Shown here: positions 19,469-29,700 of the stretch, piece after piece
How positions within the stretch are numbered: the stretch's first letter is position 1
Layout of the letters: the number at the start of each line of letters is the position of its first letter
Source: an uncultured bacterium
Lineage (GTDB): Bacteria; Krumholzibacteriota; Krumholzibacteriia; LZORAL124-64-63
DNA: 64,000 nt
Reading direction: 5' to 3'
Assembly: GCA_963727525.1 (NCBI GenBank)
Contig: CAVSGO010000005.1
Location: 256,001-320,000, forward strand
The notes under the pieces: generated by a model
The model's input: only the letters and a program-made list of their open reading frames with translations
What the model was told of the DNA's origin: nothing
The model's database searches: none
Translations under genes and position numbers: made by a program

Positions 19469-21259
19469 ATGAAGACCCCGTCCCTCGCCTTCGCGCTCGT
19501 CCTCCTGGCGACCGGCGCCGCCCATGCCCAGATCGGTCCCCTGCTCTGGCAGGACAACTGCGACGACCTCGCGAACTGGATCGTCCTGACGGGCAACGGC
19601 GCCTGGGGCTGGGGCAACGGGGAGCTGGAGTACTACTCCGAGAACAACGTCAGCATCGCCGACGTCGCCGGCGAGCCGGGCAACCACGCCTTGCGCCTGA
19701 CGGCGCGCGAGGAGAGCGGCCCGGAAATCGTCGACCAGTGGGGCAACCCGCTGCACTACACGTCGGGCCGCGTGATGTCGCGCTCGTTCGTCACGGTGCA
19801 ATACGGCATGATCGAGGCGCGCGTGCGTGTGCCGGACCTCGACCTGGGTGGCTGGCCGGCCATCTGGCTGCTCGGCAACGCCAACTTCGCCTGGCCGCGC
19901 AGCGGCGAGATCGACCTGCTCGAGATGGGCAGCCACCAGAGCTTCCGCGACCTGCACGACGAGCACAACGGCGGCGACGGTCTCGACCACGCCACCGTGA
20001 ACCAGGCGGTGAGTGCCAACGCGCTGTTCTACACCGACACCGCCGTGTCGCCCGACAATCCCTCCGGCGCGGCGAGTCTGGCCTGGGACCCCGAAGACCT
20101 GTACTGCCGCCCCTACTACGACATGACCGCGGGCCTCACCGACCGCTTCCTCACTTACCGCCTCTACTGGGACGTCGACAGCCTGCGCATGACGGTGATC
20201 GACGGCGGCGAGGAGCGCGAACTGTTCACGTCGCCCTTCACGATCGACGACGAGTCGGACGAGTTCCGCCACCCCTTCTATCTTCTCGCCAACCTGGCCA
20301 TTGGCGGCTCCTTCACCGACGCCTATAACCTCGGCGATCCCGGCAGCGGACTGCCCGTGTCCATGCCCTTCCCGGCCACGATGGACATCGACTACATCCG
20401 CGTCTTCGAGTGGAACGGCCAGGGCGACGTGCACCTGGGCCCGCCGCCGTTCGCGCAGGGCAGCTTCGGCGTCTTCACGGACACCACGCCGGTCGACGAC
20501 GCCTTCGTGCCCGGCGAGAATGCCGAGATCTACGTGTGGGAAGGCACCCTCACCGACGGCAACATCCCGCCCCACGAGGGCGACCACGTGCTATCGTGGC
20601 AGACCACCGGCCTGGGCTGGTTTGGCGCCGGCATCATGGCACACCAGCCGCTCAACCTCTTCGACTTCGGCGACGGCAACCTCGAGTTCTGGATCAAGAT
20701 CCCCGCCAACGTCACCTTCAAAATCGGCGTCATCGACTCGTGGGGTAATCAGCACTACGTGGAGTTCCCCGCGTTCCAGACCACGTACGGCCTCGTGCGC
20801 AACGGCGAGTGGGGCCAGGCGGCCATCCCGGTGAATGATCTGCGCGGCGTTGCGATCGACCTGCGCATGCTCAGCTACGCCTTCGTCATCCTCGAGGAGC
20901 ATGGTACGGCCTGCACGTTCGCCATCGACGACATCGTGTGGACCGGCGGCGGCACCACGGCCACACCCGACGCAGGCACGGCGCCGGCCGTGACCCTGCT
21001 GCCCAGTGCGCCGAACCCGTTCAACGCCATGACAGAGATCCGCTTCGAAATGCCTCTGCCCGGCCCTTACGCCATCGACGTGTACGACATCGCGGGTCGG
21101 CGCGTGCGCCGCTTCTCGGGCATCGGCGAAGCGGGCCGCAACACCCTCCTGTGGGACGGCCGGGACGATGCGGGCGCCACCGCAGCCTCCGGCGTCTACA
21201 CGTATCGCGTGCAGGCCGGCGGCGCCGCCGTCAGCGGGACCATGATGATGGTGAAGTAG
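19469..21259 (+). CDS. Secreted GH16 beta-1,3-glucanase with CBM-like and FlgD-like C-terminal domains
   Basis: WGNGELEYY; WPAIWLLG; catalytic GEIDLLE; C-terminal APNPFN...WDGRDDAG...ASGVY. Confidence 0.9.
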   Translation: MKTPSLAFALVLLATGAAHAQIGPLLWQDNCDDLANWIVLTGNGAWGWGNGELEYYSENNVSIADVAGEPGNHALRLTAREESGPEIVDQWGNPLHYTSGRVMSRSFVTVQYGMIEARVRVPDLDLGGWPAIWLLGNANFAWPRSGEIDLLEMGSHQSFRDLHDEHNGGDGLDHATVNQAVSANALFYTDTAVSPDNPSGAASLAWDPEDLYCRPYYDMTAGLTDRFLTYRLYWDVDSLRMTVIDGGEERELFTSPFTIDDESDEFRHPFYLLANLAIGGSFTDAYNLGDPGSGLPVSMPFPATMDIDYIRVFEWNGQGDVHLGPPPFAQGSFGVFTDTTPVDDAFVPGENAEIYVWEGTLTDGNIPPHEGDHVLSWQTTGLGWFGAGIMAHQPLNLFDFGDGNLEFWIKIPANVTFKIGVIDSWGNQHYVEFPAFQTTYGLVRNGEWGQAAIPVNDLRGVAIDLRMLSYAFVILEEHGTACTFAIDDIVWTGGGTTATPDAGTAPAVTLLPSAPNPFNAMTEIRFEMPLPGPYAIDVYDIAGRRVRRFSGIGEAGRNTLLWDGRDDAGATAASGVYTYRVQAGGAAVSGTMMMVK

Positions 21260-21485
21260 GCCATCGCGTTGGCACGCGGGCGAGGCCACGCTTCCCGAAC
21301 GGAGACGAAGCTCGCAACACGATGGTGCGAGTTCCACCCATGACCGGTCTTGACCCGGGCTCCGAATCCGACGATCACGTATATATGATAATATTTCTCG
21401 TATTTTTTGACCCCGGACCTGCGGCCCTGTGATACCATGGCGGTGCTGCCGGAAACCACCGTCAGCGTCGCCCTGGAGGATACCT

Positions 21486-21887
21486 ATGCGCAAATTCATG
21501 CATGCCCTTGGTATCGCCACGCTGGTTCTCGCCCTGGCGGGCGTGGCGGTCGCGGATACGTTCAACGTGAGCATCGGCGATAGCTTCTACTCACCGGCCG
21601 ACCTCGCCATCCACGTCGGGGACATGGTCGTGTGGACGAACAACGGATTGCACCAGCACACTGTCGATCAGAGCATGACCGATATGTCGTGCGATGTCTT
21701 CCCCGGTGGGTTCTCCTCGGGGACCCTCAACCCCGGGGATTCCTACAACTGGACCGCCACGAGCGCGAGCGACATCTACTACCACTGTATGTTCCACTGC
21801 CCGTCGATGGCGGCGCGGCTCACCGTCGAGGATGGTGTCGCCGCCGAGCCGTCGTCCTGGAGCACCATCAAGTCGCTCTACCGCTGA
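21486..21887 (+). CDS. Secreted cupredoxin (plastocyanin-like), C-terminal SSWSTIKSLYR tail
   Basis: GGAGG RBS; signal peptide; type-1 Cu ligands H (QHTV) and C-x2-H-x3-M (YHCMFHCPSM). Confidence 0.85.
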   Translation: MRKFMHALGIATLVLALAGVAVADTFNVSIGDSFYSPADLAIHVGDMVVWTNNGLHQHTVDQSMTDMSCDVFPGGFSSGTLNPGDSYNWTATSASDIYYHCMFHCPSMAARLTVEDGVAAEPSSWSTIKSLYR

Positions 21888-21907
21888 GCGCATTCTCCGG
21901 AAACGCT

Positions 21908-21937
21908 GCGGCCCCGGCGTCCAAACGCCGGGGCCGC
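21908..21937. terminator. Intrinsic terminator hairpin
   Basis: GCGGCCCCGGCGT-CCAA-ACGCCGGGGCCGC followed by TTCT, between convergent genes. Confidence 0.75.
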
Positions 21938-21964
21938 TTCTCCTTGATACTGTTCGGACATTGA

Positions 21965-23467
21965 TCAGTGCTTCGACGGTGAGGCCTCTTCCGCCGAACC
22001 GTAGCGCACGTCGCCGCCCGGGCCGTAGAGATCGGTCAGACGGATATCGATCCGCCGGTTCTTGGCGCGGCCCTCCGTCGTGTCGTTGCTGGCCAGAGGC
22101 ACCGACTCGCCGTAGCCCATGGCGTCGATGCGCGTGGAGTCGGCCGGCATATTGGCCACGACGTAGCTGCGTACCGCATCGGCCCGTTCCACGCTGAGGC
22201 GCTGGTTCAGGTCGTCGTCCCCCGCGGCGTCGGTATGGCCCTCGATGGTGATCTCCGCTTCGGGGAAGATACGCAAGGCGCTCTGGATCTTCGTCAGCAG
22301 CAGGAAGTTCTGCGGCTCGATCTCGGCCGATCCCACCGGGAACGACAGACCATAGAGCCGGCAGATCAGCTCGTCGCCCTGCTGAATCACGGTCGCCTGA
22401 TCCGAGCTGAACAGGTTGCGAAGTTCACGGATATCCGCATCGCGCTTGCGCGCCACGCGCAGACCGGCCGCCGTCGATTCCTCACGTTCCTGCACCAGCG
22501 CCAGCGCCTGGTCGAGCGAATCCGCCCGCGAATTCGTGGTCAGCAACTTGTCGCGCAGGTTGTTGCGGTCGGCCTCAAGACTCGCCACGCCCGCCTTGAT
22601 GGCGGCGCCCGCATCGGAGATGCCGTTGGCGAAGCTCACCGGAACGTTGACGACCTCGGCCACCTCGGCCAGAGCCGCCTCGTGAGCGAGCTGGAGATCC
22701 TCGAACGCCTTGCGGTCGTCGGCGCCCACGGCGTCCGACGTCCTCGCGATATAGGTCGCGTGCTGGAAGCCCTCCGTCGCGGCCCGCGCCTGCTCACGCG
22801 CCTTCGCGCGCTGATAGCGGTCGCCCTCCAGGGTCTTTTCCGCGGCCTGGAGGTCGGCCACGCCCTGATTGAAGGTGCGCGAGGCTTTCTCGTCGGCTTG
22901 AGCATCCTCGGCCGTCTTACGTGCATCGCGCGCCGAGCCCAGCAGGTCGACCCGGATGGCCTTCAGCTCCGCGTCGCGGAACTGCTGCTCGGCCTTGGTC
23001 GCCTCGCGCCGCGCGTCGTTGTTGTGGCCACCCTCGACGTCGCGACCCGCCTCGTACATGGTCTCCTTGGCCTCCTTCCAGGCCTCGGGCGCGTGGTCCG
23101 GCGCCCCCGCCGTCAACGCATCCGAACGGGCCGTGATGGCACTCGTCAGCACCACCTTGCCGATCTCGGCGTATTGACGCGCGGCCTCGAGCTGCTTGTC
23201 GGCCTTGGCGAGATCGGCGTTGATGTCCTCGATCTTGCCGCCCTTGTGAAAGCGCTCCCGCGCCTTGTCGAGTTGCTTCGCGGCCTCGTCGTAGGTCTTG
23301 GGGGCATACAGTTGCCAGTTGTCGGCCTTCGCTTGCTGGAATCTCGCCTCGGTATCGCTGAGGCGGTTCTCGATGGTCGGGTCCTGAGCGAATGCGACCG
23401 AGGCCAGCGCGCCGGACACGACGATGGCCGCGGTCGTGAATCTGAGCCACGTACGAATGGGTTTCAT
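21965..23467 (-). CDS. OmpA/MotB-family peptidoglycan-binding protein with long helical N-terminus
   Basis: IEGHTD...NQRLSVERADAV...GYGESVP...NRRIDI; signal peptide; repeated helical segments. Confidence 0.9.
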   Translation of the reverse strand: MKPIRTWLRFTTAAIVVSGALASVAFAQDPTIENRLSDTEARFQQAKADNWQLYAPKTYDEAAKQLDKARERFHKGGKIEDINADLAKADKQLEAARQYAEIGKVVLTSAITARSDALTAGAPDHAPEAWKEAKETMYEAGRDVEGGHNNDARREATKAEQQFRDAELKAIRVDLLGSARDARKTAEDAQADEKASRTFNQGVADLQAAEKTLEGDRYQRAKAREQARAATEGFQHATYIARTSDAVGADDRKAFEDLQLAHEAALAEVAEVVNVPVSFANGISDAGAAIKAGVASLEADRNNLRDKLLTTNSRADSLDQALALVQEREESTAAGLRVARKRDADIRELRNLFSSDQATVIQQGDELICRLYGLSFPVGSAEIEPQNFLLLTKIQSALRIFPEAEITIEGHTDAAGDDDLNQRLSVERADAVRSYVVANMPADSTRIDAMGYGESVPLASNDTTEGRAKNRRIDIRLTDLYGPGGDVRYGSAEEASPSKH

Positions 23468-23696
23468 GTGACGCATCTCCTTGACGATGGTGACTGGGAT
23501 CAAATTCGAGATCGCGAAACGCATCGCTATCGCGTGCCGTTGCGCCTGCGTCCTGGTGTGGCAACAACGTAGTTGAACTCCGGGTTTTACACTACTGCCG
23601 CCCGTACGGACGCCCGCATCGCCGGGTCACAAGGAACACCGCGGCCCCCTGGATCCGGGAGACCGCGGTGTTTCTCTCGCCGTTCGCAATACTGAT

Positions 23697-24299
23697 CTAG
23701 AACATCCAGTTCATCCTCAGTCCTAGGCTCGACTCGCAGAAGCTGACATCCTGGAGATCGCCGAAATCCTGCGACATGCTGCTTCGCGTCTCGACCCCCA
23801 ACCCCAGAGAGAAAGCCTTGCTCATCATCCACTCGTAGCCGAGACCGAAGGCCGCCACACCGGCGCCCTTCTCGATCGCCTCCTCGCGCGTGGTATCCAC
23901 ATCGTCGGGCAACTCCGTGCTCAGACCGGCGGCACCGAGGCCCGCGCGCAGGTAAAAGCCGCCACCTGTGGGATATAGCGTCGCGACGAGTGCCGCCGAA
24001 CCGATACCGTAGTCGCGATCGTGGTCATCGCGGCCCGTGCCACGAGCGTCGAGCGCCAGCGTGAACCGTGGCGAGAATGCATATCCGAAACGCAGCCCGA
24101 GGCTGGCCGACGGCACATCGCCGCTTTCCCACTTGTGGCCGTTCTTCGTGTACTCGATCCGCATCTCCCCGGTCCCGAAGTCGAGGCCCCCGAAGAAACC
24201 ATGGCGGTTCTCCCTCACCTGTCCTGCCTGGGCGGCGACGGTGGTGGCGAGGCTGGCGATCAGAACGAGGGTCGAGAGCAACTTCTGGCGGCGCATCAT
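23697..24299 (-). CDS. Outer-membrane beta-barrel (porin-like) protein
   Basis: Signal peptide; amphipathic strands; C-terminal Phe (NWMF); AAGGAG RBS. Confidence 0.75.
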   Translation of the reverse strand: MMRRQKLLSTLVLIASLATTVAAQAGQVRENRHGFFGGLDFGTGEMRIEYTKNGHKWESGDVPSASLGLRFGYAFSPRFTLALDARGTGRDDHDRDYGIGSAALVATLYPTGGGFYLRAGLGAAGLSTELPDDVDTTREEAIEKGAGVAAFGLGYEWMMSKAFSLGLGVETRSSMSQDFGDLQDVSFCESSLGLRMNWMF

Positions 24300-24426
24300 G
24301 ACTTGGCTCCTTGCTTCCGGTGAAGGGGCACCCTCTGTGGTCGCCCCGTTGTCGTCTCGTGGGCGCCTATCGCAGGCGGCGTACCACCGGAAACCCCTTG
24401 CACCGTCGAGTTGCGTAATATATTGT

Positions 24427-24444
24427 ATTATAACATGTTACAAT
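24427..24444. promoter_or_regulatory. AT-rich near-perfect palindrome, candidate operator
   Basis: ATTATAACATGTTACAAT (one mismatched pair) in an AT-rich island upstream of the beta-barrel gene. Confidence 0.45.
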
Positions 24445-24560
24445 GATATGCCTGGCGTCATATGGGGACCGCTACCCGCACGCCACACTGTGCCGATCCG
24501 TCACACTGTGCCTTTCCGCGTGACGCGCGGTGCCCTCCCCCACGGCTTCCGCCGAACGCG

Positions 24561-24755
24561 TCAGTCGTCCTCGGTGCGCACGTCGACGCTCACGACCTCG
24601 CCGGCCGACACCCGGGCCGTGACGACGATCGGTCGGCAACACACGCTGCAGTCCTCGATGTACTCCTGATGCGCTACCGACGGATCCACGAGCACGTCGA
24701 TCGCCTCCCCACAGTAAGGACAGAGGATGGTGGTAGGGTGCAGACCGTCCGTCAT
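24561..24755 (-). CDS. Small CPxCG-motif cysteine-rich protein
   Basis: CPYCGE...YIEDCSVCCRPI. Confidence 0.88.
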   Translation of the reverse strand: MTDGLHPTTILCPYCGEAIDVLVDPSVAHQEYIEDCSVCCRPIVVTARVSAGEVVSVDVRTEDD

Positions 24756-24771
24756 CGTGGCTGGCCTGTCG

Positions 24772-25950
24772 TCACACCCGCCCCCGCGGTTCCTCGCCCA
24801 GTTCCCGCCCCAGCGCTGCCACGAGCCTCTCGATATCGTGCGCGGCATTGTACCCCTGGCACGAGATCCGGACATAAGGCCGGTCCTGCCAGGTGAACAC
24901 GGGGATCTCGATGCCGTGCACGTCCCGTAGCGCGCGCTGAAGTCGATCGCGGTCGCAGGGCGGCAGAGGCAGCGTCTGCATCTGGAGGGGCTCGGCCGCA
25001 TCATGCAGGCAAAGAGGCGCCAGGCCGGTAAGGCGGTTGATCGCCGCGCTGGCATGCTGCACGAGTGCTTGGCAGCGCGCCTGCACGGCGGGCCAGTCGT
25101 GGTCGCGACGGAAATCGAGGGCGGCAGGAACGGCGAGGGCGGCAGCGGGATCGCGGGTGCCTGTCCACTCCTGCTCGTCGACGAAGCGGCTCGGGCCCGG
25201 GTGGGTGCTGCGCCAGCCCCAGCTCACCACCAGCGGCTCGAGGAGCGGCTGCACCTCGGGTCGCGCGTGGAGGAATGCGGCGCCCTTCGGGGCCATCAGC
25301 CACTTGTGGCAGTTGCCGGCGTAGAAATCGGCGCCGAGGGCATCGAGGTCGAGGTCGATCTGGCCGGGCGCGTGGGCGCCGTCGATCACGGTGGTGATGC
25401 CGGCATCGCGGGCGCGTCGCACCAGCTCGGCCACCGGGAACACGAGGGCCGTGGCACTGGTGATGTGGCTGAGGAAGAGCACGCGCGTGCGGTCGGTGAC
25501 GTGAGACCAGATCTGCTCCACGATCGCCCCGGCCGCCACCACGGGTACCATGACCGGTGCCTTCACATAACGCGCGCCCTGCTTCTCGCAGAGGAACGTC
25601 CACATGCGATCCATGGCACCGTACTCGTGATCGGTGGTGAGGACCTCGTCGCCGCGGTCGAGGGCCAGCGAGCGAGCCACGATGTTCAGACCGGTGGTGG
25701 CGTTGGGCACGAACACCAAGTCGTCGATACGCGCTCCGACGAACGCGGCAAGCACCGCGCGCGCCCCCCGCATGCGCCCGGGCAACGTGCGTTCCTCGTG
25801 AAGGAAGTCCACCGGCTCGCGCTCCAGTTCGCGCTGCAACCGCTGGTATTCCTCGTGAACCGGCCGCGGGCAGGCGCCGAACGAACCGTGGTTCAGGAAC
25901 ACGACGTCGTCGCGAAGGAGGAAGAGTTGGCGCAGGTTCGTGTCGATCAT
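24772..25950 (-). CDS. Class V PLP aminotransferase (isopenicillin-N epimerase / cysteine desulfhydrase-like)
   Basis: FLNHGSFGACP; IDGAHAPG; GNCHKWLMAPKG; WTGTRD. Confidence 0.9.
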   Translation of the reverse strand: MIDTNLRQLFLLRDDVVFLNHGSFGACPRPVHEEYQRLQRELEREPVDFLHEERTLPGRMRGARAVLAAFVGARIDDLVFVPNATTGLNIVARSLALDRGDEVLTTDHEYGAMDRMWTFLCEKQGARYVKAPVMVPVVAAGAIVEQIWSHVTDRTRVLFLSHITSATALVFPVAELVRRARDAGITTVIDGAHAPGQIDLDLDALGADFYAGNCHKWLMAPKGAAFLHARPEVQPLLEPLVVSWGWRSTHPGPSRFVDEQEWTGTRDPAAALAVPAALDFRRDHDWPAVQARCQALVQHASAAINRLTGLAPLCLHDAAEPLQMQTLPLPPCDRDRLQRALRDVHGIEIPVFTWQDRPYVRISCQGYNAAHDIERLVAALGRELGEEPRGRV

Positions 25951-26312
25951 CCAGGCAGACTAAGCCCGCGGCGTTGACCTGCCAAGTCGCGTCTCGGCTG
26001 CTCGTGTTCGCCGGCGCTCGCGGGGTTTCTGCGGGAACGGGCGACCTCCGCGCCGCCTCGACCGGCGCGTTTCGGGCGCCCCCGCCATGACCACCAAGCC
26101 GTTGATACTCCGCCCTTTCTCCGCGGCCGAGCGACCTTGCCGGCGGCGTCCGCGCGGCTCTGAACACTGCAAGTCGCTGCTCAAGACGAGAAACGTGCAT
26201 CGCCGCGCCCGGCCCTGTAGGGTCGAACGTTCCCACCCGGCCATCAACAATGGCGCCGGCGCAACCTCCGGTCGCGCGCGCCTCATCGATTCGAAGTGAA
26301 GGAGGCCACCCG

Positions 26313-26714
26313 ATGCGATCCCCCCGAACCCTTCGCGGCGCACTGGTCATCGGCGTCATCACGTTGTTTCTCGCGGTCATCGCGATCGCCACAACCGACC
26401 CGCCGACGGCGCGGGCCACCGTACCGCATCTCGATCCACGGACTCGCGCGCACGCGCTGACCTTCACCGACGACCGCGCCGGCCTGGCGCCCTTGCCGCC
26501 GACTGCGACCGAACAGGTCAAGCTCGACGCGGCGCGCGCGGCCTGCGACGCCGCCGAGGCGGCCGGCACCCGCTGGATCGCCCCATCACCAGATCGCGCG
26601 ACGACGGCCGACGCAACAACCGCGCAGCGCAAGCTCGAACGCCTTCGCCACCAGCCGCCTCAGCCGCGGGCTCAACATCCGGGCATCCCCGCCAACGCAC
26701 AGGGAGGTGGATGA
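26313..26714 (+). CDS. Hypothetical exported or membrane-anchored protein
   Basis: AAGGAGG RBS; N-terminal hydrophobic segment; stop overlaps the start of the next gene (ATGA). Confidence 0.55.
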   Translation: MRSPRTLRGALVIGVITLFLAVIAIATTDPPTARATVPHLDPRTRAHALTFTDDRAGLAPLPPTATEQVKLDAARAACDAAEAAGTRWIAPSPDRATTADATTAQRKLERLRHQPPQPRAQHPGIPANAQGGG

Positions 26715-29700
26715 TGCGACGCCTTTCTATCCTGATCGCCACCGCGCCGCTGGCCGCGAGCCTCGCCTTCGCTCCCGCGGCGCGGGCGCAGACGCTTCCC
26801 CGTGTCGGAACGATCGACAACGCCACCCTGGCGCACCACGCTGCGGCGCCGGCCCTCGATCCGGGCGCGATCGCACCTTGCCGCGTCGTCGCCCTCGACG
26901 ACGCGTCCACCGCGCTCGATCCGGTCACGGATAACGACGCCGCGCACTACGCGCGAGGCTCGGTGCTCGTGATGCTGGTGTTCGTCGACCATGCCGGTGG
27001 AACCTGGACGGTCGACGAACGCAACGAGCAAGCCGCCAAGGTCCGCGACTCCGAAGCGTTCTACCGTCAGTACCTGCCGGCTGCCGGATTCCTGACGTTC
27101 GATCACGAGAACTCCGCGAGCTATTACTACTATCAACCAGAGCTGGATTACGACCTCAACGACTACGCCGACTTCGAGAACTGGATGGTCACCGACGCCG
27201 CGGAGGCCATCGGCTTCACGAACGACGACGGCGACGGCTCGGTGATCGACGAGATGACATTCTGGCTGCAGGGGCAGCTCGGCGGCTGGAACAACGTGAT
27301 CGCCATCTTCATCCCGGCCGATTACTCCTTCGAGACCGCCGAAGCGGGCTGGACCACGTCTTGGTGCAAGGTGAGCCCCGACATGTCCTGGGGCACCATG
27401 GCCCACGAGTGGGGCCACGTCTTCGGCGCCTGCGACGAGGGCGGCGGCCCGGCCGGATGCAACGGTCTGAGCTGCAACGACGTGTGTATGAGCTACTATC
27501 TCGTGGACCAGGTGCCCAATGGCAACTGCACGAGCTGCCCTGGCGATGTGCCGTGCATCATGCAGGGCTATGTCAACGTGCCACCTTGCGCGTACACCTA
27601 CCGCAACTGGGCCTGGGTCGATGCCGACGGCAGCGGCCTGCTGGACAACACCATTGGCTGGGACGTGGACGCCCAGAACACATATACCATCTGGGAGATG
27701 TTCCACAACGGGTGGCTCATCAACACGAATACCGACTGGGGGTTCGTCGCGAACCAGCGCTGGCATTCCTGGTCGGCGGTCGGCGTACGCTCACGCGGAA
27801 GCTCCGACTACGCCATGTCCGTGTACGGCGACAACAACCGCAGCCACCACCTGGCGTCGGACTTCTTCTCCAACGGCATCCATTTCGTCGTCGGCGACTT
27901 CAATCACAACAACCTCGGCGAGAACCACATTCGTCTCTACAACCTTGGAGGCGCGGGGCAGTACGTCCTGTCGTACGAGGCCGGTGACCAGGTACTGTAC
28001 CCCGACGGCGTCGATCGATCGCAAAGCTGGGCGTCGACCAACGTCGTGAAGGCCTTCGACGTGCCCCTCTTCGCCGGCGAGACCATCGCCGTCCAGATGG
28101 ATATCGACACGCCGGGCCTGGACATGGGCATGGCGCTCTTCCGGTCCAACGGCGGTACCTACTATGCGCCGCGCACGAGCGCCGTGTGGGAAGCGGACGA
28201 CTGGCCGGCGGGCATCTCCGAGGCCTATACCTACGACGTGCCGGCCGACGACGTGTACGGCCTCGTGGTCTGGTCCAACAACGAACTGGCCGGGAACTTC
28301 TCGATCAAGATCGGTCCCTCGGTCCAGCAACTCGCAGAGGCGACGCCCTTCACGTCGAGCCTGGATCTGCGCCTATTCTCGTTCCAGCCGAATGCATTCT
28401 CGTGGGCCGTGGCTGCGGCGCGACCGGGCGCCTCGTCGAACCTACGCTTGAGCCTCTTCGACGATGCGGCCTTCACTGACATTCTGGGCACCTCCGGCGC
28501 CTACCCGAATGTGGAGTTCATTGCCGCCGACTACAATCCGGGCCATACCACCAACGACTACCTACGCGTCGTGCGGCAGAGTGGCGTGACGGCCTATCGC
28601 ACCGAATGGGAACAGGGTGACGACATCCTCGGAGGATTCTACGACGGCGACTGGCAGGCGAATCACGTCGCCAAGGTCTGGGACGCTCACCTGATCGGCG
28701 GCCAGGCCTATCGTGTACAGATGTACGAGAGCTTCCTCAGCTTGCTGGACACCGGTATCTACCTCATGAGCTCGGCCGACGGCGACCGCTATGTCCAGCG
28801 CAGCGGCGCCGCGGCAGGCAGCAACGGTCTGAGCAACCTCGGCGAGTGGTTCACCTACACCCCCACCCAGACCGACTGGTACGGCATCGTGGCGATCGCC
28901 AACGACGACAACGCCGGCACGTACACCGTGGGCGTGGGGCCGTACACCGTCCTGCCGCAGCAGGTGCCGCGCGTGTTCCCCGACGAGGTCGTCTGGGCCG
29001 ATGTCGGGGTCGGTTCGGGATCTTGGTCGGCTGTCGCGGTGCGGCCCGAGGTCGGCTCGACATCCCTGATCGCGCTGTGGGATTGCGAGGATCGCTTCCT
29101 CGACTGCTTCGTGACCTCCGACTACAGCGGCGACCACGTGCGCACCATCGCCATCGACGGCCACCACGCCGTGGCCCAGACCTACTACGCGCGCGCTGAG
29201 CGCACGAGCGGTCTCGGCTCGCAAGCCCTCTCGTTCGACACCGCGAGCGCGACCGACATCGTGTTCGACCCGCAGCATCTCGTGCAGCGCCAGGCCGGTT
29301 TTGTGGCCGACGAGGTGGTGCAGGCCTGGGATCTGCGCGTCGTGGCGGCACCGGCAACTCTGCGCATCTCGGTCGCACCGCAGGATGCCGGCGTGGATCT
29401 GGGATTGAGCGTGTTCGACTCCCAGTCGGGCGCGTATTTCCAGGCGTCGACCGCCGCGATCGCCTCCGCAGACGGCGCCGGCCCCGGCGGCAGCGAGCAC
29501 GTGGTTTTCGATGTCGCCACCAACGACGTCTACGGCCTCGTGATCACGAATCGCAACGGCGCGGCGGGCGACTACACGATCTACGTGGAGGCGGACGAGG
29601 GTACGTCGACGCCGGAGGCGACGCCCGTGTCTCTGGCGCTCCTGCCCAGCTCACCCAATCCCTTCAACCCGCGCACGACGGTGCGCTACACGCTGCCCGC

